Source: Octopus bimaculoides (lineage: Eukaryota). Taken from it: DNA of 48,663 bases. Shown here piece by piece: positions 36,869-48,663 of the stretch. The notes under the pieces were generated by a model. It was not told the DNA's origin. It did not search any database and saw only the letters and a program-made list of their open reading frames with translations. The stretch covers positions 31,246,291-31,294,953 of the forward strand of contig NC_068996.1 of NCBI RefSeq assembly GCF_001194135.2. Reading direction: 5' to 3'. The stretch's first letter is position 1, and every line of letters starts with the position of its first letter. The translations under genes and the position numbers were made by a program.

Positions 36869-36960
36869 GTAACAAAAGTGGTCTACACACACATACACAC
36901 AGATACATCCAAATACACACATACACTCACACGCACTCACACACACACGCACGCACGTAA

Positions 36961-37038
<78 letters not shown>

Positions 37039-38433
37039 AATATAGAAAAAGCTTTCGCATAGTTTCCATTCGCCAAGTTTCACTCACAAGGTGATTGATC
37101 AACTATAGGCTACAATAGTTAACGTGCAACGAACCCGAAATCATGTAATTGAAATTAAACGTTTTAACCACACAACCATTTTTATGTCTATGCACATATA
37201 CATTATACCTTTAGTTCCGAAGACATCATTTAATACAGTCGGTACAATATATCGAGATTATGAATTATTTTGATGTGTTATTGTACGGCGGCGGTTTATA
37301 GCCGAAATAATAATGATATATTTAGTTTAGTTTATCAGAAATATATGGTGTAAATTCTAAACCATTCTGCATTGTATAATGTCAGATATTTTCATTGAAT
37401 TTCTTCCAGTATGTTCAATAAAACTTCTGAAGTAAGAGAATGACCATTAAATTTTCTCTAATAACACAAGTGGTGCGCTGCAAAGGTAGATAATTCTGAA
37501 GTTGAACTCTGGTTTATGAGAATGAAGGTTGTTGAACTATACGTGATATTGTAGTGGAAGTGTTGGTAGTAGCAATGCAATATTGATGACACTGTTGTTT
37601 TATTTTTTTGTTGTTATTGTTTAGTCCCTGGTGAAAATTGTTCCCGCAGAAATATGAAGAAAGGCATTCTATCCTTGATCATCTGATATTTTTAAGGAAA
37701 TGCTAGATGGCAACTTTTTTTATTTGTAGGAGATACGGCTTCTATTTCTTGTAGGTCAGTCAACTTCGCAGAGGTTCCCTTGCAGTTTGTTATGTTGTGG
37801 TATAAGTGTGTTGGAGTTAAGCTACTGGACAGTAGACTTATGTTCAAAAGTAGATCAACTATGAGAAACATACCTTTCTTTAAGATATTGCATTGAGCGT
37901 GATTTAGCTACTTTTTCTTGCAAATCAAGAAACCATAGAGAAACTGTTGCGTTGGTGTATAGTAGTTTTCTTTGTGATTTGTATGATGGATAGAAATGTT
38001 GGTATGTTGGTATGTGAAGCAATGTTGGTATATTGTATAGTAGTGTTTGTATGGTATTTGTTAGTGATTGTACAGCATATGGTAGTGTTGGTGTTGTGGA
38101 CGGTAGTGTTGGCATGTTGTTCGTTGCGTTAGCGTGATGTGTGGCAATGTAAATGTACTCTGTAATAATGACAGATATTAAACTTGGTGTGATACATATT
38201 AGTATATAGTGTATAGTGTATATAGTATATAGTGTATAGTGCAAAAGTATAAAGTGTATAGTGTATATATTAGTATATAGTATATAGTGTACAGTGTGTA
38301 ATGAAGTGAGCTGTACTGGTATTGTATATGATAGTTTTTGTTAGGTCTATGGTAATGTCAATGGTTGTCTAGTGTATTGTTATGTAGATTTGAGGTGTAT
38401 GATAGAGGTGACATAGTATTTCATATTGTTAGT

Positions 38434-38657
38434 ATATTGGTTTCAAGTTTTGGCACAAGGCCAGTAATTTCGAAGGAGAGGTTAAGTTGATTACGTGCCT
38501 CAACCCCAGTGCTCAGTTGGTATTTATTTCATAGAACCCGAAAGGATGAAAGGCAAAGTTGATCTCGGCTGAATGTGAACTTAGATCGTAAAGACGGACG
38601 AAATGCCAGTAGGTATTTTGGCCGGCGTGCTAAGGAATCTGCCAGCTCACTGCCCTA
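38434..38657 (-). mobile_element. SINE-like interspersed repeat
   Basis: Reverse complement matches 31455-31680. Confidence 0.75.
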
Positions 38658-40603
38658 TGTTGTAAGTGTATTGCGAGGTGTATATTAGTATTGATTGTTT
38701 TGGAGTAACCATACAAGTATTACCTTTTTGAAATTCTATGATTTCAACGCATTGTATATTGGATATTATTGTGTAAATATATTCGTAATTTCTTGTCATT
38801 TAAAAGAATTTTTAAAAATGTAACATTACTACTTTTAGCGAATTCCAACATTTGTTTTCTGTTCAATGCTCTGACCCAAACATCCGTTGATCCGATAAGA
38901 AAACTGTTGTTTTTGAGTTTTTACCAAATTAATCTCTGTATAAACCCAAACAATTCTTATTGTCTAGCATCTATCCCGCAGCAACTAATATTTTATGTTT
39001 ATTTTTCTTATTTAAAAACGCATTTGTTTTGAAGTTTACGCAGTGTATTTGCTTATTACATGTAGTTTATATCTTATAATGTATACTAATCCTTGCCAAT
39101 TTAATCAATAGTTCTTAATATTCATTTACTTTCAGAAACCCACTCATGATCTGATAGTTTTTTTTTCCAATATCAATATACAGCAGTAGAAACAGTATCT
39201 ACTGTTCTTTTCAAAATGCAGGTTTTCTTGTGAAAAATATCATCATCACTTTTTTCAGCCTGACTTTTATCAATACAAATAGTTCTAATTAACCGAGTTT
39301 CTTCCTGAACTAAGCCCCTGTAAGAATGTAAACGTTTGAAATCATTGAATGTAATATAAGGCGTGACATTTTTAAGAAATAATGTTTCGGAGTGAGAAAC
39401 ATATTAAAGATAAAATTCAAAGTTACTTCCTACATACTCTTGCTAGGCCACACATCATTATCACTTTTGTAAATAAAGTGAAACGTGTACTGTCTGTAGA
39501 ATTTCCTAAAAACTAAACTGAATTAATTCAAGTAATTGAGATGAAATCACAAGTAAGAGAAGTGTATTCACATGCACCTAAAACTGAGCTTACATCAGAA
39601 ACCTATCATGAAAGAAAAATGTCAACAGAACAAAATATAATGTTTTCATTATCATTTGTAATAATATGGCACATACATTGACATTAGGTTACATCGTGTT
39701 CAGAAACTGAGTAGTGAAAAATAAACTACATAAAACACATTTCCAGTAAAAGTAAAAATAAAAAAAAAGCTATAGACAAAGAAAAAAAGGTAAGCGAAAA
39801 TGAAGAAAAGTAGGATAATGTGTTGTATCAAATATATACAACGCCCTAGATAAGGTTTCAGAACATTCGTTTGTGTAGTATGTGGTCAGAATGCATTTAA
39901 AGAGTGCTAAATTCCAGCCTGACGACAGAATTCAGAACTGTGCGGTAGTCAGAGAACATGAGCGATCAGTCCTCTCTGATAGAATCATCTATTAAAGGGA
40001 CGTAACCCAGTAAATTAGTTGATTGTGAAACTACTCCAGTTGTAGTATCTAAGTTAATACGTGAACAACACGCACAGAAATACACACACACATGTAAACA
40101 TACACGCATACATACATACATACATACATACATACATACATACATACATACATACATACATACATAATACACATTGATATTTATATGGATTGTATTTATT
40201 ACATATATTAGTATGTATATATATATATANNNNNNNNNNNNNNNNNNNNNNNNNNNNNNNNNNNNNNNNNNNNNNNNNNNNNNNNNNNNNNNNNNNNNNN
40301 NNNNNNNNNNNNNNNNNNNNNNNNNNNNNNNNNNNNNNNNNNNNNNNNNNNNNNNNNNNNNNNNNNNNNNNNNNNNNNNNNNNNNNNNNNNNNNNNNNNN
40401 NNNNNNNNNNNNNNNNNNNNNNNNNNNNNNNNNNNNNNNNNNNNNNNNNNNNNNNNNNNNNNNNNNNNNNNNNNNNNNNNNNNNNNNNNNNNNNNNNNNN
40501 NNNNNNNNNNNNNNNNNNNNNNNNNNNNNNNNNNNNNNNNNNNNNNNNNNNNNNNNNNNNNNNNNNNNNNNNNNNNNNNNNNNNNNNNNNNNNNNNNNNN
40601 NNN

Positions 40604-41485
40604 GAAGATCGTTAGCATACTGGACGCCCATCTGTCATCGATGACGGTGAACACTGTCATTGAGAAAGACTCACGTAAAACCACTCTAGAACTGGCAAAA
40701 GTTATCCAGAAAACTGCCTGCAACCATTTGCATACGATCGAAAAATCAGAAAAAACCTTGACAAATGGGTTCCACACGATTTGAATGAAAATCAGAAAAT
40801 GCAGAGATACGAAATTTGCTCGTCGCTTCTTCTCCGTAACCAGCCCGTTCCATTTCTCGACAGTATTGTAACTTGCGATGAAAAGTGGATTCTGTACAAT
40901 AATAAAAAACAAAATGAAGCATTGAAAACCTTTCCTAAACATGAGCTCTTCAAAAAGAAGGTTATGGTGACTGTTTGGTGACTGCTGCGGGACTCTTCCC
41001 ACTATAACTTCTTAAAACCCTGAAAAATCATTACTGCAGAAACATACTGCCATGAAATCGCCAAAATGAACAAAAAACCGTTACTCCTCCATCCCAGACT
41101 AGTCAACAGAAGAGGGTCAATCATTCTTTATGACAAGCTCAACCAAACGTTTCAGTCCAGATGTTGAGGGAACTTGACTACGAAGTTCTCTGCCCAGTTT
41201 ATTCCCCAGACCTTTCTCCTACCGACTACCACTTTTTCAAGTACCATAATGGTTTCCTGCGAGAGGAGTTCAAATATCAAATCGATGCTGAAAGTGCATT
41301 CAAAGACTTCGTCAGCTCTAGAACTACAGATTTTTATGTTACCGGAATAAACAAACTTGTAACTCGTAGTCAAAATTGCGTTGATTGTAATGGTACTTAT
41401 TTTGATGAAAAGAATTTCTGCATTGTTGAAGTATATCGTGATGAATTGCATGTTTCAAAACGTTGCTTACTTTTTACTCGGCCTA

Positions 41486-41487
<2 letters not shown>
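40604..41487 (+). mobile_element. Mariner (DD34D) transposon, decayed; 5' end in gap
   Basis: WVPHDLNENQ, IVTCDEKWILYNN and YSPDLSPTDYHFF motifs; ends at a (TA)n tract. Confidence 0.93.
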
Positions 41488-41551
<64 letters not shown>

Positions 41552-41589
41552 TGCATATGTATACATGCACACATACACATATACATATA

Positions 41590-43190
41590 CGTACACATCG
41601 ACCTCAGGGCTTATATTTTTGGAGCCTGCTACATAGCCTGTCGGGGTCTATTGCCGAACCGCTATATCCTCAAGGGGGATATACAAAACCTTCGATGCGT
41701 ACTTCACCGGATTTAATATGTGCTTCAGCAGTAGAGAATACCCAATCAACTGGGTTAGACAGGAGGTGGAAATTGAAATGGAATGTAGTCGCACCAATAC
41801 TCTTTTCTGGTGATGTAGGCGCTTCTTAGAGGTGCAGAAAGCAAGGCAAAACCAGCAGGTGAAGGATGTCAAATAGCTTGCTATTGATTTTCAACGACGA
41901 CACTACCATCCTGATATTCAAAGAGTCAGAGACTCTCAATTTGCTTAATTAATTGGATTACTTAATGATCAGGTGTAGGATTAACTTCAAACGAAGAAGT
42001 CTCAGAGTACCTCCTTGTGGAAAGAGAAAATGAGCCAAGAAACCACCTTCGAAGTTTCTTGCTCAAAGTATACTGACTTTATAAAAACAACTTGTGAAAA
42101 TTCTGGGGAGATGGCACGACTAGATTCTGAAAGATACCAAACAGGTGACAGAGTTCCCTTAGAAGTTGGTGAAGGTCTCAATAAAACTGACTGCTGTCCA
42201 TTGCTGGGGAAACGTAAAATGTGGTGTCTCCAGCATATGCTTATACCTATGCTGTTGTGGCCGCTACTGATATTCAAAATTGCCACGAGCGTAGTTGAGG
42301 CAGTTGAGTCAAAGATCAATAAATTCACCGGAAAATGACTTGATGTGCCTCTTAGAATGTGTGATGCTGCCCTTTACTGCCGACAGGCAAAACTGAAGTT
42401 GCCTCTTATTTCAATTTTAAAAGAATATAAGGTACGAAAAACAAAACAACAGATGATGTTAGAAAGCTCCAAAGACAATGAAAACTGGAAGGAAATCGAA
42501 TGTCCTAGACGCTATAGCAGATGCTGAAGGAAAGTTCATTTTGAAGGAAGTCAATGGACTTATCCAGACGGAGACAAAGGCTAGGCGCAAAGAAATGCAA
42601 TAGTGGTCAAATACTATGTATAGAGACCGTCGAAACATGGTAATTCGGGAAATAAGGAAAGAGAAAGACAAAAGGAAATACACAAAAGAAATACACCAAT
42701 CTTAACAAGGACACTGGACAAATTGGGACGAGTCATTACAAGGGTCACTTACATGGAACGATGTGTGGCAGATGGCACCGCTTTGGTTGAGACTCATTAT
42801 ATGAGTTACGTATGATCTGCTTCCATCCAAGACTAATCTTGTGAACTAAGGTAAAGTGTAAGGACAAACCACAAACAATGGAGCGCATGCTTAATTCCTG
42901 CAAGGTGGCCCTTTCCAATGACAAATACACGAGGTGACATAAGAGTGTTAGAAGAGCGAAGTCCTTCAATCAGGAGTCGGATACAATCTGAAGCTACGAA
43001 TTCAGTCTTAATGTGTTTGTAACGGAAAGGAAGGAGAAGACGTAGTTTGGATAAAAAACTGATGCTCAGTCATGAAGTTGTGCTCTGTCTTTTGATGCAA
43101 TCAGGTGCCAGCATCATCTTGGTTGAGTTGACAGTTCTTCTACAGAAGATTTCTCCGGCTGTCAACTAGCTCCGTAGCGATTTGCCGCTA
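41590..43190 (+). mobile_element. HERO/NeSL-like (R2-superfamily) non-LTR retrotransposon, decayed 3' part
   Basis: DDTTIL (RT), KMWCLQHMLIPMLLWPLLIFKI, ALYCRQAKLKLPL; terminal IILVELTV REL-type motif. Confidence 0.8.
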
Positions 43191-43779
43191 GCTATTTGCA
43201 TAGAACGATTTAAACTTTAATTAAATGTCATATAACCGATACATAGATAGGACTCTATGTGCATCCTTAAATGTCGAAAAAGGAAATTGCGAAGCGAACT
43301 CGTATATTTCTGTCCAATTTCTGTCACTGACCTCCTCGTTTAGAATGATCACAGAGTACATATTAAAGAAAAAAGTGATGAGTCGGTTCATAAACATTTA
43401 TCTTACGCGTATTTTATTGAAGCTATTATTCGTTGTATTAGAAAAAACTTAACAAGAGAATACATTATTAAATATACAGGTTTATGATATAATGGATATC
43501 GGACATTATGATATAAAAGATATTACTACTCTATTTAGGCGGGTCACTGAATTTAGATACTAAATTCGTAAGAGTAGAAAATAGAATTTTTTCTTATTAG
43601 AGTGGAGAAAGGAAAAAGTACTTTTCGCTTCCGTTGTGTTTATGTTAATGAGTAGAGATAATAATACTTATTAGGTTTCAAAGTTCATAGCAAATCATTT
43701 AAAAATTTTATTTCGTATGTTTTGCATTTAGCTAAATATCTTCAAGGACACTCCCATCAATATCTAAATAGACAAAATA

Positions 43780-46400
43780 GTGATCATTCACCTTTCAGTT
43801 TTCAGTAACTGGATCCCTGCCAATGAAACCTATCAAGGTCGGTAGTATAAATCACAAATTTGAGGTCTCTGTAGAAGACGATTTTAAATCATGAGCAACA
43901 CATGACATCCTTATCTACTCACCTTCCGAAAACTCAATTTAGAATCATCTCGACGATTCGATGCAGTTTGTACACATCTACATAGGCACATTCAGAAAAT
44001 ACTGTGATACCTATCGGCAGCTGGAAACCAGCTAACTCCACACAATCTGAAGTTCATTCAGGATGGCTTTCCAATCGCCCACTAACACTAAAGAGGAGAC
44101 GTTCCGAGGAAACCTCCAGACACCTGAACATATCTGGCTTATATCCCGTGCCGGGACTTCCAAATTACCTTTTGTGTTTATGAAAACCCAGACTCTTCTG
44201 AAACAATACGGTTACTTCACCTGCTAGTCTCGATCGACTTGGAGATGTGTTCATCCCGTATCCATTGAAAATGGACTTGAAGGTACATGGATCAGAAGTT
44301 CGGATCACGATGATCCGAACTTAAACCTAAAGTGGTTTACTCAACTACTTTATGGCTCTGTATCAATTGCGACCACAAGCTACGTGTATTTATACTGCCT
44401 ATTCTAAGTAAGGCCGTTACAGGGAAAGAGGAAGATGAGAAAGATCCACTCAAATTATTCTTGTGGTGAAATCAGTATTCCGTCCTTTTGGCTGTGGGAA
44501 TATTTATTTTTGAGATGTATATCTTGTGATATTCGAAGGATTCTTATGAAAGCTGTTGGTTAATATTATGGAGTTATCGCGTGTATGTGATGCACTAATT
44601 TTTCATTCCCAGTGTAGTTTATGATTTCATTTCGGGTTCTGTGTTCTGATTGTTGTGTGTGAATTAGTTATTTCTAGTGATGGTGTGTGTAGCAGCGATG
44701 GTATTAAGGATGAGGATGAAGATATTGATGGTACTGGTGTAATTGTTGTTGGACGTGGTTTTCGTATATCCTTGCTGAAAGCATCTCCTCAAATTCTTCA
44801 TTCATAACTCCTAATACCTTTTTGTACGAGGTCTGATCAATAAGTATCCGGACTGTTGCCATAGTAACGAAGCTAAAGCACGTAAAGTGAAACCGTTTGG
44901 CACAGATTGGCACTGAACTTTGCTGTGCATGCGCACTACGTTTTGACGTTCTAGCTATTGACGAACATTCTGGGAGACCCGCAATAAGCTGAACTGAGAA
45001 AAAACATTGCAGATGTGCGTGCAACTGTGAGGGAAAATCGTCGAATCACCATCCGTGAGTTATCAGAAGATGTGCAGATTAGTCCATTATCACTGAAGAT
45101 TGGGGAATAAGATGCGTGTCTGCCAAATTTGTGCCAAAATTGTTTTTAGCTGACTAAAACGACATTCGGGTTTCAGTTGCACAAGGGTTTGTGTCAAGAA
45201 TGATGAAAACTTTTTGAAAACTTTGCGTAGGCCTCTGAGCAGGTACCACCAAGCTTTTGGCAAAATTCGCTGCAGATTCTCTGCTCAACTTGCCCTCTCA
45301 TGGTCAATGTGACGATCACACGCTATGCACATTCATTCCAAGCACTACTGTAAGCAGCGGAAGTGAGCTAGAATGTTAAAACTTAGTGCACATGCACAGC
45401 AAATTTCAAGGTCAATATGTGCCAAGCAGCTCTATTCTGAGTGATGTAGCTTCATTACTATGGCAACAGTCCGGATACTTATTGATCAAACCACGTATGC
45501 ATGTTTTTTTGTTTCTGCTTTGCTTTCCATAGATAATTTTTTTTTTGTTATTTAGGATCTTCACCTTCATTCTCGTCACACGACATGTCAAGTGTGAGTT
45601 GAGAAGGGACATATCTTGACAGATTGTTCTGTTGGGATATTTGTTGCTGTTTTGAGGGTTTTCTGTTGCAATAGTTCCTGTTGTCTGTGACATAGAGATA
45701 CTTGATGGTGGTCTATCCTCTGCTCTTTTGTTGCTGTTGCTTCTACTCTTGGTGTTTTTTTACTTTCGTTGCTGTAGCTGTTTGCTTTGTAGTTGTTGCT
45801 ATTATTGTTGATATTCATGTTGTGGTGCTGGTGGTAGTAGAAGCTTTCTTTCAGCTGTCAGTTCATGTTGTTGTTGGGAGCAAAAATCCTTGAGGTGATT
45901 GGTGTTTCCATACTTGTCGCATCAAGGCCTTTTAATCTTCACACCACCTGCAATTACGGGCTGAGGATTTTGTCGTGTTTCAAGTTTGATTTGAGTCAGA
46001 ATCTTTAGACCCATCCTAACCCAAGTTTTCTCTCAGATTTTTATATTTTTAGTAGCATGCTAGGGTCTTCCAAAGCCACATATTTCTCCATTTATAAGAA
46101 ATCTAGTTCTGGTGGTATGATTTTTACCCAGCTCGCTCCGAGTTTCAGGTAAATCGGTGTTAGTGTAAAATGTTCATTTTTTTATAACACGGTGAAGTGC
46201 TTCTGGAATCGGGTCTTTGAGTGTAAAATGACTCGGATCTATCCTAGCTTGTGGGCATGCCTCATTACATTAATGGTTGATCCCATGTTTCTTAAAATAT
46301 GCCGACATGGTCTGAAGACATACTTTCTAATTTGTGCCTTTTCTGAGATAACCAACTATACAGAATTGTTTTCCCTTCCGTATTTTATTTTAGATCATTG
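43780..46400 (-). mobile_element. Old Tx1/L1-clade copy (ORF1 and endonuclease) interrupted by a mariner-derived element
   Basis: Minus-strand SLVLVGDWKAILN near 44070; knuckle-like KRP*CDKYGNTNHLKDFC near 45900 resembles copy B ORF1. Confidence 0.6.
44825..45497 (+). mobile_element. Internally deleted mariner (MITE-like) with ~130 bp TIRs and TA target duplication
   Basis: TA-cgaggtctgatcaataagtatccggactgttgccatagtaa ... ttactatggcaacagtccggatacttattgatcaaaccacg-TA; internal ENIADVRATVRENRRITIRELSE transposase HTH remnant. Confidence 0.93.
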
Positions 46401-47075
46401 CAGCATATTGAGCGTCTCATAGATAGACCTTATTCTTCCTCCAATGACAGAATAAATTATAACTACAATGTTGGCTGTCGATCATTTGCAAGAAAATGTA
46501 TCATCTCCGCACTTATTCTTGAAAGAGCTCTAAGAAACTATCTGCACACCTTGCTTCTTCCTTTCTTCCCCAGCTCTAGATTCTATCTACGATGACCAAA
46601 TTTACTTAATACCAATCATTCGGACTTACCTTATACCTGTTACCGGAGAATACCAGTATCTATAAAGATAATGAACATTTGTCAACTGATCTTATATCGA
46701 TCAACTCTACCCTCACGTTGTGCCATTGTTTGAATACATAAATGTCATAACATCATCTGATACCAGTTGTTTGCCTATATATTCCTTTATTCTATTGTAC
46801 ACATATCTGCTCGATTGAAACACTGCTTATAGTCAATCTTCAATAAGTAGCTAATAATATCCTGAATTTTTAGTTATAGTTCGAATTTAAGTAGCAAGTC
46901 CACCTGAGCACTATTTGTATATACCAATTACCTGCCGTCATCATACGCAATATTCCTGTTGCCTACTCATTCTTCTTGCTAATTTTTATATAAACTCTAC
47001 AGTTATGCACGGATCTTCACATGTATTTTCAGTAAATACACACACATGCGCACACACACATACATAGCGTTAAAT

Positions 47076-47634
47076 AGCTAGAAAATAAAATTTATAATTA
47101 TAATAGAGGGCACACGAGGCGGGCGCCTACTTGCTAGAAAGAGGAGCTAAACATTCAACTACACCACTAAATTACATTGAAATACACAACGGATCAACAA
47201 AAATCGGGCAAGCGAGTAAAGATTAACAAAATCATCACAGCTTAAATCTGTAGAATGAAGAATCGGATATACCTAGATCATGATTTCGAATTCTGGCTAC
47301 GGCCTTAATTGTCCTCAAGCGTCACCGCATGAAAAACGAACTCGCTTCGTTGGAATCCGTGGCGTTCTGAATTGTCCCGCGCCAAATTCATAACGACTTT
47401 AGTGTATAATATATATATATATGTAAGGAGTAAATATTCTAACGAATATTCATATAAATATTTTTAATGTTATTACTATCAGCGGTAAATATAAATAATT
47501 GATAATAATAACAACAAAAATACAGGTGGTAACAAGCAATGATGGTGTTAAAAAGCTAGAGAATAAAATTTATACTTATAATGGACGACACACGAGGCGC
47601 CTACTTGCTAGAAAGAGGAGCTAAATCCTCAACT
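47076..47634 (+). repeat. ~85 bp direct repeat (47076-47160 and 47554-47634)
   Basis: agctaga.aataaaatttata...cacacgaggcg...cctacttgctagaaagaggagctaaa occurs twice. Confidence 0.85.
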
Positions 47635-47640
47635 AAACTA

Positions 47641-48277
47641 TAAGAGAGCGTTAAGAAAAGCGAGGAATGAATTAAGTAAGGACGAAACACTGACAAATTT
47701 CTTAAGAATATACTGAGTGACCCCTAATCCAAGCACAAATTCAGGTAAGTCTCCCGCAGAATTGATGTTCAAAAAATAAAATCTATTTTTGATAAGCCAC
47801 TACAAGAGAAAAATTAAGACGTAATAGAAATACAAAAGAGCCAACGAAATGCGTCGAAGGGATAAAGTACATTTCAAAACCTATGGAAATGGTAAAGAAG
47901 GCTGAGAAGATGGCCTTGTCACCAGAATTAGGGTCACGTGGTGAACATAAGAGACATATAAACCAACTAAGGAAGAGGCATACCCAAGATCAGGAAGAAA
48001 TTCCTATCGAAGTATTCAGTGAAATGTTCGATGTACCGGTAACAAAAATAATAGAGTCTTGTAGAACCAGCATGAGAAAAAGAAAGCAAACCGAACAACC
48101 TGAGATAATGCCCAAGTGAAAGAGATATTAAAAACAAAATATAAATAAAAATATTCTTTATTCCTTTGGGACACGAAGTCTCAAAAGGAAAGATGTTATG
48201 CGAGAGTACGACTCTCCCTGGCGATAAACGTATAAATAGTTGTGAACTGAGTAAGTGAGTTAATTCGTGCTAGTTCC
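47641..48277 (+). mobile_element. Second Ty3/Gypsy copy: integrase C-terminus, PPT and start of the 3' LTR
   Basis: Collinear with ~24557-25215 (aagagagcgttaagaaaagcgaggaatgaattaagtaaggacgaaa identical); LTR starts at ~48194. Confidence 0.92.
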
Positions 48278-48296
48278 TTATGAATTATATTATACT

Positions 48297-48425
48297 ATGA
48301 CAGACTGGTCTGGGCACCTGCCGGCCTGTGTTTTCAATAACTGACAGCAGAACGGGAGTATTCCTGCGTCTATGAGTCAGGGAGTGGTGGTACTGATCAG
48401 AAAGGACCCAAACAAGGGGGACCTT
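48297..48425 (+). mobile_element. Tx1 RT fragment
   Basis: SMSQGVVVLIRKDPNKGD matches copy B VSRGMVLLLRKNPN. Confidence 0.75.
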
Positions 48426-48575
48426 ATCTACTACATTATTTACATTTGGCGGATATTTGTCCTCATCTTGTTTGCTGTTAACACAATGTTTTGGCTGATA
48501 TACCCTCCAGCCTTCATCAGGTGTCGTGGGGAAATTTCGAACCCGGGTTCTCATTCCTAAGGTACTTTTCAATGT
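48426..48575 (-). mobile_element. Penelope-like terminal repeat fragment containing a minimal hammerhead
   Basis: Minus strand: ...gacacCTGATGAaggctggagggtatatcagccAAAACATTgtgtt... Confidence 0.6.
48480..48525 (-). ncRNA. Minimal type I hammerhead motif, degenerate (two G-to-A changes)
   Basis: Stem I gacac/gtgtt, CTGATGA core, stem II ggctg/cagcc, AAAAC-ATT where GAAAC-GTT is expected. Confidence 0.5.
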
Positions 48576-48624
48576 TGTTGTTGTTGATGTTATTCTTCTT
48601 CTTCTTCTTCTTCTTCTTCTTCTT

Positions 48625-48655
<31 letters not shown>

Positions 48656-48663
48656 TTATTATT
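48573..48663. repeat. (GTT)n-(CTT)n-(ATT)n microsatellite
   Basis: Direct reading. Confidence 0.97.

Noticed and set aside
37215-39230. Further AG/GT-bounded segments (37215-37241, 37386-37431, 37730-37754, from 38839, minus strand near 39136-39230)
   Set aside because: Phases do not chain consistently or frames contain stops; such segments also arise by chance, which is why exon confidences are kept moderate.
19768-41002. Long ORFs spanning N runs (e.g. 26621-27284, 28319-29146, 39966-40644)
   Set aside because: Length comes from assembly gaps at 7501-7532, 19817-20092, 25428-25663, 26716-27225, 28391-29015, 30278-30375 and 40230-40603.
47260-47335. Minus-strand CTTGAGGA...GAAATCATGATC resembling a hammerhead
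   Set aside because: No stem I complementarity and no convincing stem II.

Overview
AT-rich, repeat-saturated eukaryotic DNA with seven N-gaps. The repeat mix (tRNA-derived SINEs, R4/Dong, Tx1/L1, HERO-like, Ty3/Gypsy, mariner, dense compound microsatellites) looks like an Octopus/cephalopod assembly; this is my recognition, not verified. There is no intact long CDS, and most listed ORFs are microsatellite, gap or decayed-transposon artefacts. A chain of short, phase-compatible + strand exons (1734-1783, 15563-15608, 17459-17494, 18039-18083, 29778-29812, possibly more) suggests the window is mostly introns of an unidentified host gene. The putative first large intron holds about 10 kb of antisense Tx1 elements between two R4 fragments. 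Most interesting: five long fold-back (inverted-repeat) structures lie between 18.9 and 36.1 kb, and two of them carry type I hammerhead-ribozyme motifs. One has an intact CUGAUGA/GAAA core inside a circularly permuted unit of about 480 bp. A third, minimal and decayed, hammerhead lies at 48.5 kb. These point to Penelope-like or retrozyme-like elements. Element boundaries were read by eye and are approximate.
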